Shown here one piece after another: positions 27,240 to 40,400 of a stretch of 64,000 nt of DNA. The stretch spans positions 8,556,001-8,620,000 of the forward strand of contig NC_088854.1 of the NCBI RefSeq assembly GCF_963853765.1. Reading direction: 5' to 3'. Under the pieces are notes generated by a model, which saw only the letters and a program-made list of their open reading frames with translations, did not search any database and was not told where the DNA came from. The translations under genes were made by a program, and so were the position numbers. This DNA comes from Magallana gigas. Taxonomy: Eukaryota. The stretch's first letter is position 1. Every line of letters begins with the position of its first letter.

Positions 27240-27360
27240 GATTAGATGCATATTAACTTTGAAGAACAGGGTACCTTTTGATGAACTCGTTTTGTTTATT
27301 GGTAACTGGGAATCAATAAACTAGAGTCAATGCCCACCTTGAATAAATGTGCATTTAAGC
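27240..27360 (-). promoter_or_regulatory. Conserved non-coding block upstream of gene B (candidate non-coding first exon/promoter; donor AAG|gtaccc after 27275)
   Basis: About 70 bp nearly identical to 47826-47915. An acceptor-like ttttaag|cttcc at 25792 precedes the signal-peptide exon. Confidence 0.45.
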
Positions 27361-27529
27361 ATTCGATCATTATTTTTGAAAGATATAGTCTCAGCCGTGA
27401 AGTGATGTGTGTATACCAATTGAGTAACGCGCGTTAGTGTTAGCCGCTGCAGTTGTCAGGCCGAATTTTTCAAAAAGTAATGATTTAATGCTTATATTTA
27501 CTTTTTTTAACTACTTGCTTTCATAATGG

Positions 27530-27734
27530 TCGGATTATCTCCCCCAAAAAGGTTTAGTTGTTTTAAACAATGATGATTTCCTACTCATAAAGATGGCTTG
27601 TGTCATTCCTTTTGGTCCAGTTGTTCATGAGAAAAAAGTAAAACAAAATGTGAAAAGCTTACGGACAAACGGACGGACAGACGGACAGCTTCTTAGATAA
27701 GCTGACTTGAACTTTTGGTTCAGGGGAGCTAAAA
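27530..27734 (+). mobile_element. HINE-like 3' fragment
   Basis: aaaatgtgaaaagcttacggacaaacggacggacagacggac...caggggagctaaaa matches the 3' ends of the other copies. Confidence 0.65.
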
Positions 27735-28290
27735 AGAAAAAAACTCACATTTTTTGGTTGACTTTCCCAAAACTGATCTAAAAGGCTCACATAAACTTCA
27801 AAAAACTTGATCATCGCATAAAAATTAAAAAAAGTCCACACTTGTTTTCAATACATGCAATTCTGTTTTTGTTGATTCCAATGATACAGTCATGATTATC
27901 CTGTGCTCAAAACGATATAAAAATTATTTTCTATTGTTTCTAAGTTTTTGAATGCTTTAAAATGCACTAAATACAGATGTCATATATATAACATATAAGA
28001 TCTACATTTTGACTACTCTTTGCATATTATTGTATTATTTAACCATACGTTCTATTTGAAAAAGGTTTAAAGCATCGGACAATGTGTTTGGTTGAATGAT
28101 ATACGTTCAATTAGATAAGTTCATAATGACAGCCCCGTAAAAACACAGTCTATTTAAAACTTTAAATTAATATCTAGTATACGCTCGGTGTATATCTCCC
28201 GCTATGTTTGCATTGGAAATCTGTGACATTTAATTTTCAAAAACACAGGGAATATTTGATCACGACATGTGAGCACAAGTAAACGTCATC

Positions 28291-28705
28291 ATGCGCTTTG
28301 AATATAATTATTATTGAAAGATTAAATAAAACATTCAAACTTACATAACCAATTCATTCATTCATTCAATCTTTATTTCCCCCTTGCGGAGATTTCATGT
28401 TGTAAATTACAATATATAAAGAAAATCAGTCAATCGTACAAAAATAGGAAATAATTGTGAAGACAACGTATATACATATATAGTAAGGAAAATATTTATA
28501 AATTGTTACATTTGCTCTAAGAATAATAGAGCTCTATTGTAGCATGCTGCTGCACTACATACAAATTTTGCGCAACTGCAGATAAATTTTTTCTTGTTTT
28601 CTTTATCAAATAATGTTGTGGGTTCAAATCCCCCGAGCAAAATGCGCTTTGAATATAATTATTATTGAAAGATTAAATAAAACATTCAAACTTACATAAC
28701 CAATT
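28291..28705 (-). mobile_element. 5'-truncated LINE-like 3' end (~287 bp) flanked by a perfect 64-bp direct repeat
   Basis: Identical 64-mers at 28291-28354 and 28642-28705. On the minus strand the insert reads GGFEPTTLFDKENKKKFICSCAKFV... and ends aataaagattgaatgaatgaatg, i.e. AATAAA plus a tetranucleotide tail. Confidence 0.6.
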
Positions 28706-31488
28706 GATATGTACAAGTACTTTTGAAATATAATCGTTGTCATATTTTTTTATCTCAAAAAAGAGTTTTCCCGGCATAGTTTCTGGCACTATATTTGAAG
28801 CCGCGGCAGCATTAAATACATATAACATGTTTTATAGCTGTTCAATTTTTTAAAGAGACAGTATGGTGAATCTTAACAAAAAAAAATCTTAAAAAGAATC
28901 CGATCGGGTTCAGTATTTTTGTACTACTCATAAATGTATCAACTTTCAGATAATTACAAATTTCTCAATGAAATAAATCTAATTATTTCATCAAAATGAA
29001 ATGTTACGTATAACCCATACATATTTACACCGCAACATGTTACGGGGTTAAGCCTTCTATACTATTACGCATGCGTATTTACAGTAAACTAAATGCATGC
29101 AGGGATCGCGAAGATTCTCCTGGACATGCTTGTTGATAGAAATATGTCTATATTCTACTACTCCCAGGTTGTAATTGTTCAACGTTTTAAAAATCACCAC
29201 AATTATTATTTTGTAAGCATGTATTTTGCGTGTTTATCATAGAAGTTGCTACAACCTAAATTCATTTTTGTAAGTGAGGCCCCTTGAAGGGTTATTTGAC
29301 ATATCTATGTCCGTTCATTTTAAAATTGGTAAACAATTAATAATTTATTTATTCAGAAAGTAATGATGTGTTCCGTTAAGAGAGTTTCTTTACCTCGTAT
29401 ACCATTATGACCACAGTCAGGCGAATGTCTTGTAGTTTTCAGCACGTGTCAATTACTGTCAATCAAAATCAACATGGTACACATAAACGATATAAGATTA
29501 TTCCAGTTTGTACGACCCCTTTAATTTTCGGAAGCTCATAATTACATTAATAATGTATGTGAAATGTATGTGTTTTCAGCTGTTCTGTCTCTTTAATCAT
29601 ATTCCTGACAAAATGTGCATATAATAGTTTCAAAGCGGCGATACAAAATAGTTCATACATCAAAAAAATATGAATAAAAGTAAGAGTAATCTACATACAT
29701 AAATTCAAAATGATTTGCGAAAAATACATCCTGAAAAGGTTGATAGTCATTGAAATATACGCCATCTCACGAGTTTAATAAAAGGCGTGAACGTTGTTCG
29801 TCAGTTGATTAAATATTCGACGCTTGGCCGATCTTCACAGATGCGATCAAAGAGATGAATCTATCAAACGTTTTAAAGTTTAAAGTCATGCCATTTTGTA
29901 TGTTCTATATGAAGCTATAAACGTTTCAATTGACCTTATTTCATTAACTTACTTAATCGGGCTCGATAGTCATGTCAATTTTAAGACTGTATCGAGGCTG
30001 TATTGATATACATTAAAATATAAGAAAATATAGGAAATAACCAAAATGAGGTTATATATATCGATTTTTCTTAACTAGCTAAAATATTTTAGAGCTTAAC
30101 AAATCATATCTTAAATTTAAGGTAAACAATATGCTTAATCTGTTGACAACTAAACATCCTTAAGTATTTTATTTATTATAGATAGAATATTTTTTTTCTG
30201 TCAATTGTTTGAAAAATAAATGAAAGGGATTGATGTTTGATGTTACTGTCATACATTCTGTGAAGTATACAACATATTCAATTAAAGAGTTTATTTGTAA
30301 AGACAAAAAGGTAGTGAGAAAACACTTAACAGTTGCATTTATGTAGAGTATGAAATATAGAAATATTGATTTTATTTTTATCAGAAAACAACAACGTCTC
30401 AAGCGATGTCTTTTGTAACCCTGAGATATTAAAAAATCGATTTGATTTGTTAAAACGAAACTTTGATTATATTTTGGTTAATTTGTATTGTCAATTATGA
30501 TCGATAGGTGTTGTAGTTTCTAGAAATATCCCAAAGAAAAAGTTGCTTTGTTTGTACATATATATTTCCCTATGACGCAAATATAATTCTATTTGAAAGA
30601 AGCTACAACAGCAATTGTCTTATGGCAATCGAGTGTGTTCATATTTTTATGACTCATTCAATTTTAAAAAAACAACAGGCGACACAAAGCAGATCTCACC
30701 TGATCTTCCCCTCTTCCCGCCAATTATAAAAATTATCCATGTGGCACCAATTACATCTACCATAAATATTACTCGATTATCGCCTCATTTCTATATGCTC
30801 GCATTTTACGCGTCAATATCAGATCAGTGACCTCAATCAATGGCTTTTCACTTTCAAAGTAGTAGCTAGAAACGAATTGTGCAAACTGTTCGTCATATGC
30901 AAGTGAAATCTAGTTCGATTGCAGAAACAAATTACGTGTACAAGATGTTCCATTGTTCGAAGTGACAATTTGTTTGTTTTGATGGAACTTTAATCGAGTA
31001 TTAAAATTCTGCAATTAACAATTAAGTTAGGGCATCCATAGGACACTGTACTATCTTGTTAGTATAGCGGTAACCTCTGATGCACATGATTCTTTCTCTG
31101 AATCGGTCAATCTTAGACAACTTCAATCAACATTATCAACATTCATTATAGCGCAAATTAAAACCACACAAACGCTTGGAAAGAAATATATATCACAAAC
31201 ACAGTTGATTCAATGCAAAACGTTTTAGGCGGTGTGTGAGCCAAAATTAGATTTATAAAGAAACCAAAGATACATTTCATCTCCAAAGAAAGCCTAAATG
31301 ACCAACTTACCACAATCACGTGCGCATTATTCAAAGTTTACAATGAAAGATATGCTGAAACTGATATCGATAAGTGTGAAATGTTAATAATGACAATAAC
31401 AGTCAACATAGTATATGTAATCCAGTAAGAAATATCAAGCAATAAAAGAAACACATTGATACCGTTTCATTGGGAAAACTAAAATCAA

Positions 31489-34400
31489 TTATTTTGAAAG
31501 ATAAACAACCCAAAAAACAAGATTGAAGACAGCATAGCAGATAGGGAAGACAACTCTGGACAATCTATCAACACGTCGAGCTCGGTCCATGAAATCTGTC
31601 TTCGTTTGGGGTTCCATGATCTGCATGCTCTTCTTATCTTTCTCATTGTCCTATAATTATTCAGTAATCAAATAATCACTCAATGGACAAACAAAAATCC
31701 ATTTTTTTTTAAACATGTGTTTTGACTTTTCCCGGATTTCTTTGCTATGTTTTTCATTTTTCAAAGTTTACAGTAAACGTATCGAACATTTCACTATGAA
31801 TTCATCTCAGCATTAATTGAGGTAACCAAAAACAAATAAATTGCTAAATGTCCTTCATAAACTTTATAAATTTATGCAATTACATTCATAAATCTGTTAA
31901 TTGTGTACTTGTTGAAAAGTCAATTTTTGCCAAATATTGTATACGTTTGAAATACGTCTAGCGTAACATTGTGTTGTAAGTTATTATTATATTAATTCAT
32001 TTTAATTAGAGGACATTACCTTTGTTTGTTTTCGATGTTTTCGTGTTTGTACGTTTATATAAGCATATTCAAGTAAAGCGGCAAACACAAACAAAAGTCC
32101 AACAGCCATCCAAATATCGATGGCCTTAATATAAGACACAACCGGAAGAGAGGACCGTATACCGGAACTCTGCGTTGTCATGGTGAGCACACAAATGACT
32201 CCGAGCGAAACTCTTGCGGGAACAGCATCCACGTGAATCCAAAACGAGATCCAGGAAAGGATGACAATCATCATGCTTGGAATAAACACTTGTGACATGT
32301 AGAATCCCAAATTTCTTTGAAAAAACAGTTTGGCTTCGAGACAGGAAAACTCCGTATCTGAAATTGGTACATAAGAATTTCTTGATTTCATGTGATTAAG
32401 AAAGAGCAATATTGCCCCTCTTTCCTAGGAATAAATGAAAAGTGAAAGTTTAAAACATCGACGACTCCGGATTATGCTGTACGTCTTTTATCATTTGAAT
32501 AACCTGTATATATAAAATGTTTATACATGTTATATTTAATGCATTCAACCAACTTCACTTTCTTGTAAAGTTTTGAAATTTATCCAGAGCTGCGTTTCAC
32601 AAAAGAACTTGCGACCTACGACCAATTTAATGAATGTATTTAAATAACAAACTAATTAAGATTTGAATTTAAAGAGGGCAAAATATAATTATAGAAAACA
32701 AAATTAAGGTTAATTGATGATGCGCAAACCAAATGTCATGATTACTAAATATGACCCTCATATTAAGGGTATGAAAAAACGCATTCTTAAACACTGGAAG
32801 CTTCTGCAAAAAGACCCAATCTGCAAAGAAATTTTTAACATTGAACCAATAGTCGCCTGCAGTAAACACAAAAACATAAGCGAATTAATAACTCACTCTC
32901 GATTACAATAATGTGTGACCTATAAGGTGGACCCCTGATGAGGCGGACCAAAAGAGCAAAAACTCTATATTCTCTTTAAAACCCGCCGAAACACTCCACA
33001 CTTCCATAATAGCTTATTTAATAAAAACCCATTAAGTGGTCAGAGTGTCGGGTCCTTTTAAAATTTAAACAAACTTGGTTGATTGATGTACTTTTTTCAA
33101 ACTAAATTTTGTTCGTCAAAGATGATGCATTCTACAAGACGGAAAATATTTACGACTTTGTCGTTAGTTCTTTCCCAGATCTTTGTATTTGAGAAAATGA
33201 ATATGTCATTCAATCCATGGGTCTTAAAGCAGACTTAAAATCCCTCCAAGAAGAAGCAGGGAATAAAATCAAACGTAGCATTTAAGTAGAACAATTCATG
33301 AATGTTTACATTTGGTCAAAGCTAGTTTCATTAATGTGTTGACATACCGAAATGTTACCTTATTTTTAAAATAAAAACAACAATTGTGAACTAACCAGAC
33401 AGATTTGGCAATAGATGCAATTGCTATAATTAACTAATTTAAAAACAAACAACATCTAATGATTTTGTTAACTGAAAAATTAACACGATTGCAGCAATCT
33501 GTTCCGATTTAATTTCTATGAAGCTGTACGTTTTGACAATGATAAGATATTGTTAGTATCTAATTGAGTTGACAAACTCAACAGGAATTTGAATAATTGT
33601 GATTGCAAATTGGGAATAATGACATCAACGGCAACCAAAAAGGGAGTCTCTGACTTATATGTCAGATTGGTGGAGGGGGCGGCTGCAAAAGCTACAAAAT
33701 TAATTATCCTTTTTCTACTAGAAATCCTTTTTTGTTGTCTTTAACCCAAATAGTTAAGAAACGTGACAAGTTCTATATTCATTATGAACTTTGGCAAATT
33801 ATTAACTAATGTAAAATTGTTATCTTAGTTAAATGCATCACTAATTGTTCTGTAGAATGGTCACCATTAACATACCCCTGTGTACTATCAGGAAAACGAG
33901 AATCGATTCTATATCTTTATTGTGCTTCTTGTCTTCAAACAACAATTTTTTTGATATTGTTATATATTTTATATATAGTCATATTATATTCTAAAATAAA
34001 AAAATCCTCAGATTATTTTGTCAAATGTGTTTGTTAAGATAAACAAATCAGTAAAGTGGGTTGACTTGGTGGTTTTCTGATCGATCAAATGATTTCAGTA
34101 AAGGGTGTGCACCTGAAAACACCTTAAATATTGTGTCATTCCGTTTCATGTTTATGGTAAAAGACCATCGTAACCTAAGAAACACGTGATAGAGTGACAG
34201 AGACGTAAAAATAGAATCTCACTAAAAGAGTTGACTGTAGAGCAGCCCTTGGTTTCCAAAGGTTTGTAGAAATAGAACTGCGGTAGGGTTTGTTCGTCGT
34301 TATCGTCAAGCCCAAAGATAACCGGGTCATCGGGATTCCACTTCAAAGCAACATTTTCTATAGAGTAACCATCTGCAAGACAAAAACCAGTAAATCATAA

Positions 34401-37400
34401 TTTCCTTGATTTATTTTTGTTCTCAGTCTACATTATGACGTCATGTTTCATACGTAAAACGTAAAAGTTGTGTCTTTGGAAACAACCGAAAAGGTACGTA
34501 ATTACGATTTTTTGTTCTTCTTTCAATTCTTATCTATTTCATAAGTTGATAAATTTTCTATTTATACTTTATTCAGTATCTAAATAAATGGTTCCGTAAT
34601 GTGATTTTTAAAATTTTCTATCTAATGATTTGACAAGATATTTACTAATTTAAATATCACTTCTGCTAAACTAAGAAACTAACGATTGTTACAACTCATG
34701 CATACATGTAGTGCTCGCAGTGCATTTTTCATAAAACACAAATAAAACCTTACTTTCATTTAAATACTTAAAAATAAATCATTTTTACAAATAATACATT
34801 AAAATTTATAAACCTTCTAAATTCAGAAACATTTAAATATATAAATGTGTACATGTTTCTACTTGGATTTTCTGTGCTGTTTAAACGTTTAAAACGAAAC
34901 AAAAAATCTATAGAAATCTGCTTAGATTAAATGGGTTTGTATTTTGTCGAAGTGGAACAATTTTCCTTTGTTAACATGTGTTACCTTACTTAAAAAAATT
35001 AGAAGCACAAGGTAATTGGAGAACATCGTAATTTTTTGATTTAGAATGTTTAATTTCTGGTAGAGCATACTTTTTGTTCATCATTTTCTTGCAAACAAAT
35101 TAAGCTAATGAGCTTCTGGGTCAAATGACACAGATTTCAAGATTTAAAAAAAAAGTCATATTGTATTAAAACCCCAAACAATTATCAACAATCAGTTTCC
35201 CTGCAATCTTGTCCAACAGCATTTTGTAATTGGTAAAACCATCAGGTTTTGATCTGTAAGCTTTAAGTTGAAGGCCGTTAGGTTTTGCTCATCCGAACCT
35301 AATTGTCGATTGTCTGTCTGTCTGTTTGTTTGTCTGCCCGTCCATCTGTCCATCAGTAAACTTTTTACATGTTTTACTTCTTCTCTAGAACAACTGAGCC
35401 AAATTTAACAAAAATTGGTATAAAGCATCTTTATGATAATGGAATTTAACGTTGTAAAATTAAATATTCTTTCTCTTTTCAAAGATAGCCGAAAAAATAA
35501 CCAAAACAGTAGAAAAAGATGTTTTTCGTAAAAAAAAAATCTTTTCGAGAACCACTGCATCACAAATTCCAACGTATATAACAAAGCTTATATAGATAGT
35601 GACAATACTAAATTGCTAAAACTATGCATATGACCCCCAGATCAATAATGAGGCCTTCAGAGATAGCAAAAGTTCAACATATAAATACACAGGAAAAATG
35701 TTTTAAAATCTGTTCAAGAACTACAGTGCTACAATTTGTGATTCTACTATGCAAGCATCTTCAATCAGTTTAGATTCGGACCATTTCCGGGACCTGAAGA
35801 GGGGTTCAGAGTCTAATATCAAACTTAATAAATAGCCTAAAGGGGCATGGTCACCATTTGGGTCAAAAAATGTTATCCGATTAAAATTTTTATGATGTAT
35901 CAGTAAGGCATTTTTAATAGGCAATTGAATGTTGAAGTAAAAATTCCAGTTTGAGACCTTAAATATGTTGAACGTCAAGAACCGTTTATTTAGTTAAACA
36001 TATGAAAACAAAAACAAAGCACGGGCATTGTGTACATGACAAAGAGTTGAGAACCCTTTATCTTGTAAATAACTCTAACTCCCAAATTTCATTTGATCAT
36101 TAGAAATGCATCCCAAAAGCATGGTATGTAATAAAAACAGAAAGAAAAAATAGAATTTTATCAAAATCGTAACCACGTCCCTATTTACTATATATTCATT
36201 TTTTGTCTAATGTTTGTAGACAGCTCGAACCATAACGATAATATTCCACTTCAATTATCAAACTTATCTTAGCAAGGCAGAGAAACACAATGTTGCATCG
36301 TTGTTTGCTTTTTTTGTTGCTTTTAATACTTACAGCTTTCCATAAAAATAGAACAGGTCTGGTCGTCCATTGGAAAAAATCGTAGATCCATTATACAAGA
36401 CAGAGTTAATGATAATCTGTAAATAAGAATCATCATTAAGTTGAATTATTAATAGTTTATTATATATTTAGTTCTCTAGATTTAGATACACTAGTCAAAA
36501 TTTCTAACGCCCCATGCAAGTGTTTATTTTACACAGTTCCTAATTCAAATCATTTGACCATGACGATAGTTAAATATCAAACATAGAGAATAACAAAGCA
36601 TTTTTTAAAAAACTCAATCAAAATTTATTTTAGTGTTTTTGAAAGAATGAAGAAGGCACAGTACCCTCCAATATAAAAATTATTACTTTAAAACCACGTG
36701 ATTTTCCCATTTTCATTGATAACAGCATCTCATAGAGACCCCACAATTGATTAAAAACCCTTTGTGGAAGGTTATTCCATCTGTTTATGTGGTCTAGTTT
36801 TGCAAAATTCGAATGCCGAGGAACGGTCTTTGAGGTTTCTCATCCCACCCAAACAGGCCATTTATGTGTTATAAAAGATAGCGTGCTGTTGAGCGTTTTG
36901 TGCGGTGTTTATCTGAAATTGAGTTACCCAAATGTAGCCGTCATGTTGACGTGCCGTTACATGACGTTTATGCCATCATGGTAGGTCTTCAACATTTCCG
37001 GTTGCATTGGATTTCCGGTCAAACCGTTAAATGATTGTGTGATGTCTTTAACGATTTGTGATGAAAATCAGGAATTAAGAATATCTTATTGTTTGGACCA
37101 TAGTTTTAAAAGGTTAAAAATTAAAGTCAAGAAATCAAATATTGTGAAAAGAAAGAAACCTATCGTAAACCGCGCTCTGCTTGGATCACGTTCGCCGATT
37201 TTAACTGAATTGAATTTATGTTTTTTAAAGTAATCGATCGAATTGAGTCGTTTTGAAAAACACATTCGAAAAACATATCGAACACGCCCTCCACGCCTTT
37301 CAACAAATACGGTCATGGTTGAGTTATTTTAACTCGATTACAAATTTTTGACATGAACAGGTAATCATTTAGAAACAGTCGATAGTGGCAACAACTTAAA

Positions 37401-40400
37401 AACTGGTGTTAACGTTTTTAAAATAATAAATATATACAACTAGGATGTTAGGAATTTTGACCAGTATATTATTGTTTGCATTTACGATATTTTTTTAAAG
37501 CAATCATGTTGTTCATAAAAGAGATATAAATAGTTCAAATAGTCTTGTCTTAAAAGGTTGGTTGGTATAACCAAGCTTCACCACCGAATAGTTATACAAT
37601 GATTATGTAATATCATCCTGGAACATATAAAACTATGAGCGTCGCTTGATATACGAAAGAGAGAAAACTATTGATTATACTCTTTTGAATTGCACTATCA
37701 AAGATCCGAATTATCACAACTTTTGTTTCAATTATTAAAGTTTACGAGGTATATTGGAGTGTATTCTGAAAGTAGGTAAAAGTTCTGCAACAATGTTTTG
37801 GCTTTTATGTGTCTGACCTAGCCTGAACTGCAGGCTCTGGGATTTAGAATTGGCAGAAACAGAGAAAAATGTGAGAATCATCGCGCCTAACACACAACTC
37901 TTCAGAGAAACATCCAAGGCTAGACTTGGCACTTGTATAGAATTCTAACACTTACAATGGAATTATACTTGGTAGTAACTGTCTCACTTTAACTTCTCTC
38001 TAGAAATGGTGCATGTAATAATGCTTCTTCAAAGCGTGAGATGCAGAGACACATTATATTGTATTGTTTATAAGCTTATCTTAACGTTCTCTAAAAATTC
38101 TAATGCTATTCATCGTGTTGTAAATTTGCTTTATAGTAAATGCATCTATAGAATTGATAGAAATTTAAGACACAATAATTAACGAAAATAATGGGAGCGG
38201 TTGGGGGGGGGGGGGAGAGGATTATGCTCTTGGTTCTTGTTGAATTCAAGAACGGCCTACACAGAGGTCATACACAGAGACATGTCCGACCTGATGCTGT
38301 AGATAACGAAACCGTCGTTGTAGATGTGGAAAAGTTTGTTTGGGACTGTGACGGTGTGGACGCTGGCACTCTTCTCATTCTGGAAGTAGGTGTCTGGGAC
38401 CCACACGTCATCGATACGTCTCTGATCCAGTTCTAGGACACTGATGTTGCTGATATGAGAGAAGTTGAGGCGAGAGTCTCTCCATGTCTGTCGCAAAAAA
38501 ACGTTCATTGAGTAATCCTGTAACAAAATGGTGTAGGTTGAGGAATCAGACGGATGAATTGTGACGTTGATTCCTTATCATTTCTTCAATCACACTATTT
38601 AGTGTATTATCTTTATGTGACTCAAAAAGTTGTTAAAATATCAGTTTTTACATGTATAGACTAATACTTTTTTATAAGCGATAATTGTATTGCTTATATA
38701 AAAGAATTAATTTTTTGAACGTTTTAAATCGAGCATCTATAGCCTTGAACAACCTTACAACTTCAAGTAAACTGCATACCATTTTACCAATGTCTGAAAT
38801 CGAACCATGGTCAATTTTGGCATACCAATGGTAAGTTATTAGATCTAACAGTTTAAGAATTACATTTTCAATGTATGATTCTTAGAATGTGGCAATCGCA
38901 TATTCATGATCTCTAGTGCTATTTTGATAACATTTGACTAAATACAATATTATATGCCTTTTATTATTTTTGCCTGAACCATGTAAAATACCCGATGGAT
39001 CTACTTATACAACAGTTTCTGATATTAAAATTTTCGGGTTATGTTAGGATGGAGAGCATATTCTTAATTTTAATGAGCATGGTTTTCCTTTTACAATTCT
39101 GGACAATCATTAGCGTCTATTAAAACGAGTAACCCGATACCATTCTACTATTGTCGTTGTAAAGCTTACACCAATTGATAAACAGTCATTGCAATGATAT
39201 ATGAAATTCATGTTCTTTTATCAAGACTGGAAATGACACGGCAGTAGCGTTTATGAATTTACAATTGCCCCAACACCTAACTGATATAATCTTTCAAACA
39301 AAGACACGAAAGAGCATCTTTCAACGACTACTTAAGGGCGCATTGAGCGTATTTAAGATAATAATTGCAAATTTTTGTAGGTATATAACGGAATTATTTA
39401 AATTTTCATACCATGGATATAGCATTAATGGAGTCGATACTTGTAACAAAAAGCTGGACATCAACTTCTGTAGCAACATCTACGAATTACAAAATATATC
39501 CTTGTTACATGATTGTCTATTTCAAGTAAAAAAAATACCACATCTATTTCACAATTTACGGTGTTATCAAATGTTTGATAACCTTTGACTAGCACACCAT
39601 TGAATATAGCTACCTTTTTCGTAGTCAGGTGCAATTCGAGCGTCATACGCTGAGCTGTTCAGCAGATAATTCAAAATATCCCTTCTGAAATACATACAAT
39701 TATATGAAATGTTTCAATACAGCTTTATTATTGATATGGGCGTACAAACTTGAATTCAAAAAATTATTAAATATATTTGATTATAAGAGTTGTTAAATAA
39801 AATACAGCACCGAACGTAATTTTAAAGTTCTTTGTACATATTCTAGTATTTAACAAAACCATTTTGATCAACCTTGACCTAACCATGAAGTGGCTAGTTC
39901 ATGTAACAGTTTTACTTAATTGTAGATAGTATCTGAACCAAGAACAGTATATGTTTGTATAGGTTGTAATAAAGCCAAGAATCAGTCTGTTCAAAAATGG
40001 CTTTGGGGCACCATAATTGATAGATTGGGGTTTAAAATAATTCAAAATAGTCGATATACTTTAGTTACAATTAATTCATTGATTAATTAGTAATTCCTGT
40101 CTGATATTCATCACCAGGGTCTTGAAATTAATAATGTTGGCAAGCTAAGATTAACGACAACAAAGAATAACATGGTAAGTGACGACATAAAATATTTAGC
40201 AAATAAAGCTTGTTGCGTGTATATCAGCAGTGATAAAATAGTTGACCTTGGCCAAAAAGGGAATTTTGAAACGCACAGAGACTTGCTAGGGATTAAACGA
40301 GTTTTAATATGTTGATAAAAACTTGTAAAATTTAACTTTCAGCTCTTGCTGATGAAACTACGAAAAATAATATCTACATTGACGTTATGACAAAACAAAC

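Larger units (their letters stand above)
15410..27370. repeat. Segmental duplication unit containing gene B
   Basis: Colinear exon, intron and flank similarity to 30270-47950, e.g. caatagcaattgtcttatggcaatcg at ~15612 and ~30609, and gaagaacagggtaccttttgatgaactcg at 27261 and 47842. Boundaries are approximate. Confidence 0.85.

Noticed and set aside
28615-28640. B-box-like ggttcaaatccc suggesting a tRNA or SINE
   Set aside because: No A box or cloverleaf, and it is oriented opposite to the tail of the insert, so it is probably coincidental.
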